DNA from: Owenia fusiformis | Lineage: Eukaryota | Assembly: GCA_903813345.2 (NCBI GenBank) | Contig: CAIIXF020000001.1 | Span: forward strand, 27,528,001 to 27,592,000 | DNA: 64,000 nucleotides | Reading direction: 5' to 3' | Shown here: positions 1 through 16,047 of the stretch, in pieces | Numbering within the stretch: position 1 is the stretch's first letter | Layout: every line of letters starts with the position of its first letter | Position numbers and translations under genes: made by a program | Notes under the pieces: model-generated | Seen by the model: only the letters and a program-made list of their open reading frames with translations | What the model was told of the DNA's origin: nothing | Databases searched by the model: none

Positions 1-1094
1 TTTCAAGATATCGTTGATGTGTAGTGTCTACGCATGGCATATGACAAAATGATCATACGTTTGATGATATTATTATATCTCGAGAATTCAGCAAAATATT
101 TGCTGAAACTTCAAGATAATATCGTTAATCTTACCAGTAAGCGATACTTATGCCCAGAAAAACGACATTTGAACAAGAAAGAAATGGACACTCGGAGAGT
201 TTGACAATGAAGGTGGTGGCAATTTTGAAGTTTCGCAAGATATTTAGCAAGAAAAACAGAAATCGTAGATGTCTTTCAGGGTTTTACTCATCCGAACAAA
301 GCCCGGATGACAAAACAAAGCCCGGATGTTATATAACATCATATTTTCGAAGTTTGTTTTTGCTCGGTTGATTTCACTCGATTCTCTCGATCTACATGTA
401 CTTCAAATGGCACCCTTCAAATCAAATTTAATTTCATGGCGGAGAAAACAGATTGCTTTTCTCGAAACTTTAAATATGTTTTATGTAATAAATAATGGCA
501 AACTAAATAGAGAAATTACTAAAACAGTTTTAGTTTAAAATAGTTTATTTAAGTGTCACACGTATACAATAATTTACACTAAAAAAAATCAAAACTAGTT
601 TTGTTATCGTTCGGGATATTGTTCGGTGTTTTAGCGGAATTCTTTTTAAAATTATCTCAAAACCATTTCTTGAAACAATTTTTTAGCTCTTCTCCCTTTT
701 AATCATGTGACAAACTAGAAGCTTTGTAAGGGCCTTAAATCTTAATACCTGTTTGAGCCTCTACTTTTTGCAATTTTTTTCAAAGAATGGATTTACGTGT
801 TTGCTCAAATATTTATATCATTGGTAACCTATGAATACCTGTACCAGTACGCACGGTTTCCGGTAAAATTGTGATATTTTTGGATTAACGAACAAGAGTG
901 TTATTTTCGTGAAATATCTACACATGTAATATGAATAATATCATATAATTCATATTACACGTATACTTTTTATATTTTTCAAAATATATTTTTAAATTGC
1001 ATTTATCTGATCAAGAATGAGCTCTGAATTTCTTTTGACATAATACAAAACAAATCTTCGTGAATTTTGTTTTCGATTCAGTGCATTGCATACA

Positions 1095-1473
1095 CACGCG
1101 GTCCTAACTTCGACCGTTAATTTGAATTTTTGACCTACCGGATGTTTGAAAATCGAGGATTACGAGTCTCATACTGCACCGTTTTTCTTCAAACTTGTTT
1201 CATTCAAAGCATAACAAAAATCCCTTTCTGATGGTACATTATTCTCTTAAACAGAGTCCCTACTTCCAGCGGCATTTCGGCCCCCAGCTGTAAGAAGGCA
1301 TTCTAACAGCTGGGAACCAAAACGCTGCTAGAACGAGGGACTCTTTACAATAAAGTAATGCACCGACAGAAAGGCAATTTTGTTTTGCTTTTAATGGTAA
1401 AAGTTTGAAGAAAAACGGAACAGTATGAGACTCGCATCTGGTAGGTCTTAACGGTCGAAGTTAGTACCGCGTG
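1095..1473. mobile_element. Foldback/MITE-like element, palindromic over nearly its whole length
   Basis: cacgcggtcctaacttcgaccgttaa at 1095 is mirrored by ttaacggtcgaagttagtaccgcgtg ending 1473. Internal arms also pair (cgagtctcatactg/cagtatgagactcg, agagtccct/agggactct, cccagctgt/acagctggg). Confidence 0.75.
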
Positions 1474-3324
1474 AGACAATCACATATAGGCCTCTAAGTG
1501 TTGTACAGCATAAGATGAATATCGGACAGTGGCACTTGGGACGAATAAAAAATTGAACTCATTTCACAGTGAACTTGGCTCTGTTTCTTCGAGGATAACC
1601 TCATGTAATTTTTGTTATAAATTCCCAAGGTCCTTAAAGTGATGACAAAGCTCAGTTGTCACTTAAGTTCAACTAATTTACAATTCAATTTGTCTTAAAC
1701 TGATTGATGTTTTGTGGTTAAGGAACAGGATATAATTGTGACTTATACAACACTTAATTTTAAATGTGTCAATTTTATGTCATTGAATATGTCAAAAAGA
1801 TACCAGACTTATCTTTTTAATGTTGATTGTGTTAATATGTTTGACGTTTAGTGTCAATTTGTCATATTTATAGTAAGAGGGATGCTAATTGTCGTTACAC
1901 GACTGTTACATTTTCTCTTGCAACGTTTCTTTTAGTCTGTGTTTAAAATACTTTTAACGTCTATGTCATTGACAGGGATATATGTTGTGTTGGTGAAGTA
2001 GATAAAAGTTCACGGGCTTGAAACAAGACTATGTGTTGTGGGTCTGGTATTGTGATAATGGAACTTGGATTATGGTTTGGGATAGTTTTTTTTCTTATGA
2101 CTGGGATACAGACCTTAGATATTTTCTTTTACTTGATGTAACAATATCATAGAGGCCAGTGGAACAGTAATATTTAGAACCTAGTCAGACAATCAGCATT
2201 TGTTTATTTGGGAAGTTTAACATATTTAAAAAAGATTGACTTTTTAACAAAATTTTTGCAACATTTTTTAATATGCTATTGACGTGGTACATTAAATATG
2301 ACCTTATATTAATTGAAATAGTATATCAATCTTCGCAATAGTGTTAAAAATAATGTGTTTGTTGCACGGTAAAATGGAACATTTTATGATTTAAAGATCT
2401 CAAGTTTTATTTGAAAAGTTACGGGAAATAAAAAGCCGACAACTTTTTCCCACCAATTTTTTCAAAAATCTTTAAAATAACCTTTAAAGTCCTGAAAAAT
2501 AAAACGAATGATAAAAACATATTTTCAACTAAACTTTACATAGAGCCTTTAAGGAAACGTTCATTGTCTGTCATGGTCCACCATGTTATCTGACCCTAAA
2601 TAGCCACCTGGTGGTGAAAGTGATAACTCCCTACCTATTGGCACCTAGCACATCTTCACAATTTCAAGCACATCTTTCACGTCATTCAGACCGTAATAAG
2701 GAAGCTCCTAAACAAATGTAAGTACCCTAAAACGCAGATGATGTGAGACACATTCTGCTAATATACTATCAGGAATAAGCTAGGTCGATAAACTTACAAG
2801 ATAGAGCCTTTGTTTTGCGAAAATCTGTCAATCTTTCACTGAACCGTACGGTAATTGTACCGATAACAGTGGTTTTTACCGGAGAGCGCTGTTTGATCCC
2901 TGCCTATGCCAATGCAATTATTGCAGTATTATGACCTTTGTGATTTTTACCCATTTTTTTTACTGGGTCTTGCGGATTATACCGGAGGGTGTTGTTTTAT
3001 CCATACCTGTGTAAATGTAAATATTCTATTTTTTTCCTCAAAAATGCCAAAGTTTATTAAAATAGAAATTCAATTAAAATTTGATGGCGTCAATTGTACT
3101 ACCGAACTTGGGTAAAGGGTCACAATCCTACACCTATGCTGTTCTTAACTTGCTTACAGAGTTATTTCATGTTTGTTACGTTACAACATTGAACTATGGG
3201 TGGTCTGATAAAACTTTCAGATATTTATGATAAATAGTCTGTAAGATGATTGAATTTATTTATTGCTTTCAGATGTTTATGACAATTAAATTGTCTTTCG
3301 AGAATTGATATTCATTTTTATTGC

Positions 3325-3625
3325 ATAATACTACTGGTTTCCCAGGGAAATACTAGTATGAAGGAATAAAAATCGTATTACATGAAAAAATCGTATTGTC
3401 CCCGGGAAAAATCTTATTGGAGCATATTAACCTATTTTCGGTTTCCCGGTTATTTTTTCCCGGTTGTTTGCATCATCACAATGTAGCATTTTAGAGGGGT
3501 GTATTATGGAATGCAATAAATAGGTTATTTCTGGTCGGGATTGAATATGGGTTTTATTCCGTGCGCTCCCTCGCTCAATATCATATTACCCTTCGGTCAA
3601 TATCATATTGTCCCTCGGAATAACA
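3325..3625. repeat. Dispersed repeat, copy 1 (copy 2 at about 53105-53510)
   Basis: The run cataatactactg...aaaatcgtatt...aaataggttatttctggtcgggattgaatatgggttttattcc...cccttcggtcaatatcatattgtccc recurs in the same orientation in an ABCA intron. Confidence 0.8.
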
Positions 3626-4158
3626 ACATATAAAACTGAAATACTAAACTGTTATAAATGCAAAAATGCATAGGATATGAATCAAAGTTTAAAATGTCAT
3701 TATAAAAAAACATGGCTTACATCTTGCAAAAAAAGGTGGCCGGTTTCAAAATGGCAGTGGTACAATATCATTCATACATAGTGTACCAATGGAATGGAGA
3801 AACCAAATGAAAGAATCGAAACAGACGCAAATTGATGCAAAAGAAGACTCTATTTCATTCCAAGGCACTAGTACAGACAATGACCAACAAGGATGTATAA
3901 TATTTATACAATGGTCAGAGCAATATCAGGTATATAATAGCACGTGGTAAATCACATATTTGGGACAGGGATGGTATCAGGATTAGAGGGATGATATCGG
4001 GGATGAAAATATTTCGCACTACTTCCTCAGTGATCATTACCATTAGTTAAAAGTTGGTCCTCTGGGAATGAGTAAGTAAGCCTTTTGGAAGTCAATTGGA
4101 CCTGATAGTACAACATCACGGCATATTGGACCCGACATTACATCGGGCACAACTTTCC

Positions 4159-5187
4159 CTATCTGAACTTCTTTTTCTGTGCAATTTTCCGCAATGCATC
4201 TTCCGCTTCTCGGGTATGGAGTATTGATATCGCTCTGCCTTTTTTACTATCGCTGCATGACATTATGTCCAGAACTTTTTTCCAGTACGAACGATACGCG
4301 TTCCTGAGAGGACTGTGATGCACACAATAAACAAACGGACTGTAGGATGTCGTTGCCAATGTAAAGATGCACCGCAGTGTAAAGTTGAACGACTTCCATT
4401 TCGATTGAGCAAGTTCATTTCCAGGAAAACTGTCTAAAATCGAGAGTATAAAAAACGGTCCCCATAACAAAGCAAAAACTGCAGACACGACGATGAATAC
4501 TTTCTCCAGCTGGCCGTATAAAGCAGTGTACGGTGTATTCAGGGGGCGCACCTTATGTACTCTTCGGACAGTTAAAACTAGATGGGCGAGGCAGCTTCCT
4601 ATTGTAATAAACGGCAAAGTATATCCAAAAATAAACAGCGTGACGATCAAAAAATTGTTCGTGTCAGTTGGGATAGCAAATGGTTTACAAGTTGCGTGAA
4701 AGGTTCCGTTGTCAACATTTGTTATTTCCGAGAACTGATAAAGTCTAGGAGCAGAGGCGAAGATGGCCATTGTCCAGATCAGGAAAATACAATACTTGCC
4801 ATGTTTGATCTTGATCTGTGCTTTGAATGGGTACACGACGCGTCTGTGCCTGTCTATAGCTACGAACATGAGCGTGTAGATGTGCGAAAGAACGCAAGCC
4901 ATTGAAGAAAACTTGAAAACTCTACACATAAAGTTGCCAAAACTCCAACTTTGCCGTTCGTGAAGTATGTCGACCAAATGAAGAACATCCGTGAAGGAAA
5001 TCATTATTAAGTCAGCGATTCCAATATTAAACATCAAAATATACGAGAACTTTTTAAACTTAATCTCTTTGTGTAGAATTCGACATGTGACAATGTTTGT
5101 ACATGCGTTAAACACGGTAAGAGGAACTCCAATAGCGACGAAAATGACTTGTACAATATGTAATGGTAAACTTGATTTGCTGTTCAT
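4159..5187 (-). CDS. Class A (rhodopsin-like) GPCR, peptide-receptor-like orphan, single ORF, about 342 aa from the first ATG
   Basis: Seven hydrophobic segments with TM2 IADL, ECL1 WSFGNFMC, TM3 AIDRH, TM4 W, ECL2 Cys, TM5 GYTLP, TM6 LLWGP and TM7 SPFVY. The ORF track starts at a non-ATG codon (5229); the first in-frame ATG is at 5187. An upstream exon cannot be excluded. Confidence 0.9.
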   Translation of the reverse strand: MNSKSSLPLHIVQVIFVAIGVPLTVFNACTNIVTCRILHKEIKFKKFSYILMFNIGIADLIMISFTDVLHLVDILHERQSWSFGNFMCRVFKFSSMACVLSHIYTLMFVAIDRHRRVVYPFKAQIKIKHGKYCIFLIWTMAIFASAPRLYQFSEITNVDNGTFHATCKPFAIPTDTNNFLIVTLFIFGYTLPFITIGSCLAHLVLTVRRVHKVRPLNTPYTALYGQLEKVFIVVSAVFALLWGPFFILSILDSFPGNELAQSKWKSFNFTLRCIFTLATTSYSPFVYCVHHSPLRNAYRSYWKKVLDIMSCSDSKKGRAISILHTREAEDALRKIAQKKKFR

Positions 5188-7426
5188 CCTTCCGTTTTTC
5201 TGATTAATTATCCTTATGTCTATTTCCAAAGTGAATATTCCTTTTTGTATTTCAATTTATTTCATTTATATCACAAAGCCTTCAAAGAGTTACAACTAAA
5301 AGTATCAAGAGCCTAAAAGAAGACTGAGAAGTGTTACTATTACTGCGTGTTTCTGCATCCCGGGTTAATAATGTCCAACTAGACTGCTGCGTTTGTTGTG
5401 GAGTGTGATTATTTGTGCGCCTCGATATATTACCCTGTGCAGATCGAAAGGTATTGGCTGTCTGTTCTCACATTAAAACAATTTGCTATGATCTAAGCAT
5501 ATGCTTAAAGGCAGAATCAGATCTATGGGGTTGACAAAATCACTAGCAGTAGCAATGTGTACAATTTACCTACCAATCTATTCCTTACAATCTCAATTAC
5601 AATATCTCCCAAAAGGTTCACAATATGTTATGAATTGGTGAAGTTATTAATGATTCAAAGTGCAAAAATGAGTGAAGTATGTTTAAATTCTGCCAAATAA
5701 TAAGAATGGTAACCATTCTTAAAGAAAAATAATACATTGTAAAAATGTTTAGTTTTCTTGGTATAAAGTACTCACTTTTGTGATTTTAGAAAATAGACAT
5801 GAAAAGGAATGACATGAGCCAATATATTCTAAAATTGAAACAATTTTTTGTTTAGCCTGCTCGCTATATATGATTCTCTCTTTAAATAAAAAAATTAACA
5901 ATTTAGATCTCATCCACAAGAAAATCGCAAGATATTGTAGAAGTTCTACAATAGACCCAAAGAGAAGCCTCTAAACAGAATTTAGTTGATTGCCTTTTCA
6001 CATGTAATTTCACTGAAATAACTGATAACAAATATCCATGAAGTTCTCCAAAAGACACTTAAACATCTTCCTTAATTTCAAGCTTTTGTCATACCCTTAG
6101 CTTTCAAATTTATAATAACATACATCTAACCATCTAACACAGTACTTAGTTGTCATAGTCCCCCGGGCAGGTTATAATATAACCAATCATGCATCAGGTG
6201 CAGACTAAACAAAAAAGTATAAATTATCAATTATCTCGGGACAAGGACATATGACAAAGAGATAGTCTCCATAACAAGAAAATAAATTGTTTGGGGAAAA
6301 ATGTAGCCAGAAGATATAATCCTCATGGGGATCACTTAACTAGAATAATAAGATCTAGTTAGTCAGCTTAAATCTGGGGCCAAAATTCTCTGGAAATTAA
6401 TTGCTCCCCCAGACACGCATTTAAAAATGATCTTAGGAAATCTGGACACCAACAAACAAAAGGACATCTAACAAATGAGATTTGAACCACCTTAGTTAAA
6501 TACTAGTACACATATTACTTGCTTGACGACTCGACAGTAGATGACATCTATATATAGATTTAAGATAAGCTTAGAAATAGTACCACACATGGGTATTTGA
6601 CTCACATGATTTATTTTCAATAAAAGTTGCAACTTCTCCAATTCTTTTGCATTATTTATGTAAAAATATTTGAAAATAATTCTTTGGAAGGAACCAAATT
6701 CAAAGCTGGTAATTAACGATCCAGAACAAATTAATTGCATCATGTGATATTTATATGTTTATAATTTATAAATAAAACAAAACGACGTGAATCCAACTAT
6801 CTGAATGTCAGTTTGCTGTACAATTCCAGAGTAGAATATTTTATAAATAACACTGACTAAAATTAAGCAGTAGAAAATAATTTCCATCATGGGAGACAAA
6901 ATGTTTCTACTTTCCTGGTGAATGTCGAGTCTCACATCATACGAATGTAATTTTAGGCGATCTGTCTGCATGGGGTGCCTTATTATATATGGGCATTGCT
7001 ACTGCATGCAGTCAGAATCAGTTCCCAAATCGTTTATTGTTAATCGGTGAGAGTGAGCTACGAAGACTTTACCCTCCAATCATGAAGTGATGATTCCAAA
7101 TTCAGTGCCAGTTAACAATCATTATTTTAATCAAAATGTCTTATATATCTACTGTACATGATTCGCGTAGCTAGTTGGATCTGAATAGTAAACACGGGTG
7201 CTTTATCACAATGTCCGTAGATGTCCATTTTCTCAACTTGACACCATGAAAACAGATAAAACCTCAAGTACTCAAACCAACACAAGAAAATACCTAAACT
7301 TACCGAGCCTGTGTTAGATAACTAATGGACTTTCGTCAGGATATATACGATAGATTTCTATGTTTATTTTTGAGTAGGTTCTGATATTCTATGTGATCCA
7401 GGCTGCAAACGGTGCATTGTTTAGAA

Positions 7427-11643
<4,217 letters not shown>

Positions 11644-11951
11644 CATTATGTGGAAAAGTTTGGGACAATTTATGAGGTGCCAGGGAATGGGATACCCAAT
11701 GGACAGAGGCAGTACATGTACACAGACACATTTATCTTTCTATGGATGTTGGGTACGACCTTGGAAAGGCTAATCAACATCGGATATGTCTTACAATCTT
11801 CTTATTAAGTCGTTCTTGATTTTCTTCATGGGGCATTAAAGGAATATTCCTAGCAAGCCCATTGCTGTCTTCATATAGTTGTTTTAACTTAGCATCTGCC
11901 ATCTTTAACTCAGAAAAATTTGAGAAGAGGTTTTAGTATGGTTTTTGATCA

Positions 11952-13681
11952 TTATGTCACCACCAAAAGTGGTGACATATTGTTATGGTCTCCGTTTTTT
12001 TTGCGACGGCGGTTGGTGGTTGGCGTCCGGCGTCTGGCGTCCGGCGTCTGGCGTCCGGCGTCCGGCGTCCGGCGTCTGTAACAATTTCTTACAACTTCCT
12101 ATAACTTAACAAATACTGTTTAGACTGACTTCAATTTTTTTCTAAATCATCTACATGTTCTCAGAAGTTCAAATCTGACTTTAGATTTGACATTTGACCT
12201 TCAATGACCTTCTCAAGGTCAAAAAGGTCTTTTTTCAACTTGCTTCACATTGACTAAAATTTTTTTCAAAATCATCTACATGTTCTCAGAAATTCAAATC
12301 TGACTTTAGATTTGACTTTAGATTTGACATTTGACCTTCAAATCTGACTTTAGATTTGACATTTGACCTTCAATGACCTTCTCAAGGTCAAAAAAGGTCA
12401 AAAAGGTCTGTTTTCAACTTGCTTCAAATTGACTAAATTTTTTTTTCAAAATCATCTACGTGTTCTCAGAAATTCAAATCTGACTTAAGATTTGACTTAA
12501 GATTTGACATTTGACCTTCAATGACCTTCTCAAGGTCAAAAAAGGTCAAAAAGGTCTGTTTTCAACTTGCTTCAAATTGACTAAAATTTTTTTTCAAAAT
12601 CATCTATGTATTCTCAGAAATTCAAATCTGACTTTAGATTTGACTTAAGATTTGACATTTGACCTTCTCAAAGTCAAAAAAGGTCAAAAAGGTCTTTTTT
12701 CAACTTGCTTCAAATTGACTAAATTTTTTTTTCAAAATCATCTACATGTTCTCAGAAATTCAAATCTGACTTTAGATTTGACATTTGACCTTCAATGACC
12801 TTCTCAATGTCAAAAAAGGTCAAAATGGTATTTTTTCACCTTGCTTCAAATTGACTAAATTTTTTATTCAAAATCATCTACATGTTCTCAGAAATTCAAA
12901 TATGACTTTAGATTTGACATTTGACCTTCAGTGACCTTCTCAAGGTCAAAAAAGGTCAAAAAGGTCTTTTTTCAACTTGCTTCAAATTGACTAATTTTTT
13001 TTTTCAAAATCATCTACATGTACTCAGAAATTCAAATCTGACTTTAGATTTGACATTTGACCTTTAATGACCTTCTCAAGGTCAAAAAAGGTCAAAAAGG
13101 TCTGTTTTCAACTTGCTTCAAATTGACCAAATTTTTTTTTCAAAATCATCTACATCTTTTCAGAAGTTCAAATTTGACTTTACAAGTTCTCAGAAGTTCA
13201 AATCTGACTTTAGATTTGACCTTTGACCTTCAATGACCTTCTCAAGGTCAAAAAGGTCTTTTTTCAACTTGCTTCAAATTGACTAATTTCTTTTCAAAAT
13301 CATCTACATGTTCTCAGAAGTTCAAATCTGACTTTATATTTGACATTTGACCTTCAATGACCTTGAAAAGGTCAAAGAGGTCTTTTTTCAACTTGCTTCA
13401 AATTTACTTAATTTTTTTTTCAAAATCATCTACATGTTCTCAGAAGTCCAAATCTGACTTTACATTTGACATTTGACCTTCAATGACCTTCTCAATGTCA
13501 AAAAAAGTCAGAGGTATTTTTTCAACTTGCTTCAAATTGACGAATTTTTTTTTCAAAATCATCTACATGTTCTAAGAAGTTCAAATCAAACCTTCTCAAG
13601 GTCAAAAGGTATTTTCCAACTTGCTTTAAATTGACCAAATTGTTTTAGGTGGTGACATTTTGTCATGTTAATGCCTTGTTT
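11952..13681 (+). mobile_element. Non-autonomous Helentron-associated (HINE/DINE-1-like) element carrying a tandem array
   Basis: 5' stem-loop tgtcaccaccaaaagtggtgaca, (ggcgtcY)n microsatellite at about 12022-12077, central tandem array, 3' subterminal inverted repeat ggtggtgacat plus a short terminal hairpin, T-rich flanks, no TSD seen. Confidence 0.7.
12140..13640. repeat. Tandem satellite, about 11 units, mostly 125-150 bp (modal about 135 bp)
   Basis: Recurring aatcatctacatgttctcagaa...caaatctgactttagatttgacatttgaccttcaatgaccttctcaaggtcaaaaaaggtc...caacttgcttcaaattgact. Confidence 0.95.
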
Positions 13682-15059
13682 AAAAATGTACTGTTTATTC
13701 CAAGTAGGCTGCCATCTTTTCAGATTTCTCACATAAATTGATATCATTGATTAGAGGTTTGCAGAGTGGTTATCTACTAGTTCCAATATTAGAACCTCAC
13801 AGGGGGGCTATATTGCCACAATCTTTGAAACATTGACCTCTATTTAACAGAACGATGAACATTGAACATCATACATTGTAAAGTGACACAAATCTTTTAG
13901 AGCCTGGATATGAATGTAACCTTAGCAGTTGAGAAAAAAATATTAAAATATTAATACTAAGATTCGTTCTTCTTTACATCAGTACATCTTCACACCCCAA
14001 AGGTGAAAATTTGCAAACTTATGATCAACAATGTTGAGATACACTTCATCTTTCATCAAAATACATTTGAAATTGTTAAATATATGAAAAATTGTCAGTT
14101 TCTTTCTTTATTTTGATACATTTTAGTGAACAATTTTAAATGTATAATTCTCACATACAGATTTAGTTTGGCACTTATTTTTTACTCAAAGGCTCCTTCA
14201 TTGTACTTATTATTATCAATTGTTATTTTTCAAAAAATGATGTTTTAAAATAGGAAGTTTATTCACTAATTTGTTATTTGGACAACTTTTGTAACTTGTG
14301 AATCTCTGTAAGTAGACCAGGTCCTCCAATAGAGTAAGAACAGAACTCGTAAATGCACAAGGAATGTCTGTATTATACTATCAAATACATCACATGTTAC
14401 ATTATTAATGCAAACTAAAAAGAAAACTTAAAATGACATTATTTCATAACTTGATACACAACTTTCTGACATACATAAGATGCCTTTTATTTTGAAGGAT
14501 CTAGATAATTTAGCAGAGATGACATGGCAACAATAAGTCATAATATGCATCTCTCTCTGGCCAATAAAACCTTCTAAAATATCAGATCATGCATTTAATA
14601 TCTTTTAGGTAAGGCGTACATGTTCATTATTTGACACCATATGAAGTCTAAACAAACTCCTGTAATATATATGTCATATATGTACAAATCATACTCAAAA
14701 TTCTATAAATGTTATGCACTCAACTTTAAAAATTTGTGTATAGAATTAGAAGTGCGTACATTTATGAATAAGTTACATCTGAATATATTTTACATACCCT
14801 TATCATATAAAAAATTGAAATTCTGAGAAACTAATGAATTTGGTTCATAGAAGTACATGTACTTAATATTCATTACCTTTACTGTTTATTGATAACACTG
14901 GCACGTAAGTTAAATAAGTAGGCTTTTTAAAAACAATACATTATAGAAATGTACATCTCTTTATTTATATCAATACAATATAAATAAAAAATATTGACTA
15001 GACATTTTTTTAATATCATATTGAATGAGATGTTTCGAGGAAGGGCAAAAAATTGAACT

Positions 15060-15158
15060 GAACCTTTTACAAACAGTTTCTCAAGAACCTTTTACAAACA
15101 GATTCTCAAGAACCTTTTACAAACAGGTTCTCAAGAACCTTTTACAAACAGATTCTCA
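15060..15158. repeat. 25-bp minisatellite, about 4 copies
   Basis: gaaccttttacaaacagattctcaa repeated. Confidence 0.9.
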
Positions 15159-15424
15159 AACTGTCTTACTCTGGCAACTTTAATACGTGTAAATTGAAAT
15201 ATAAAATGATGGCACATAAACACATTAGTTCATGCAATCCTTGCTCTACAAGATAAACATGATTTGCATGTATCATAAAATATACACTGCATATACGAGC
15301 ATGTACTAAATATATCAAGAGTTGAATTTATCAAATTAGAATATTCATCTTTGCTTTATAATATATTACAGATGTAAGTTCACAAGTTTTAATACTGCAA
15401 TAAATGATATAGAGAAATTGTATA

Positions 15425-15535
15425 TGCAAAATGTCACCACCTACCATTTGTTACAGATACCGACCGCCAAACTCCCAACACCATCTGCCAGAAAGTTGGA
15501 GGCTATAACAATATGTCAATCGTGGTGGTAACATA
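15425..15535 (-). mobile_element. Short HINE-family copy, reverse orientation
   Basis: tgcaaaatgtcaccacct-accatttgttacaga...ataacaatatgtca...gtggtggtaacata is the reverse complement of the family ends. Confidence 0.55.
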
Positions 15536-16047
15536 GTAACCAACAGAACACATCGGTAACATGAACGATATTAAAATACATCCAATTAATTTGTCCAATT
15601 GATCTGCACGTTAAACTGAGATTTTAACTTGAATTCACACAAGCTAAAATAAACTTGAGTAAAATTAACACCTCATACTGTTGCACTTCATGTACATGTA
15701 TACATAAATATGAGGAATTGTTGTTAAGACCTAAATATCATAAATATAAGCTACTTTTTACTGTCTTTCTAGAGATTCATGTCAATTTAAACTCGATGGA
15801 GAATTTATGCAACCTGAGCTTGGTTATGTAAACTGTACTTATTTTCAGAAACTGATACTGCATGTTATAAAAGATCCATCGATGGATCCACCACCAAGAT
15901 CTCAGAGTTAATTATAGTTTATAATATTATAAACTGTGATCTTAATGGCATTGTGCTTTTCTGCACTAGCCATCAGTAAACTTCTGTCCTAACCACTAGT
16001 GCAACTCTCTATTAACCACTAGTACATAATTCTTCATTGGAGGTATA

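Noticed and set aside
2601-2616. CTCF-like motif (CCACCAGGTGGC on the minus strand)
   Set aside because: A single short motif match that could occur by chance, with no supporting context.
4493-5203. Plus-strand ORFs overlapping the GPCR
   Set aside because: Antisense shadows of the real coding strand with no recognisable motifs.
12140-13640. Regularly spaced repeats that superficially resemble a CRISPR array
   Set aside because: The units are contiguous with no unique spacers, the context is eukaryotic, and no cas genes are present.
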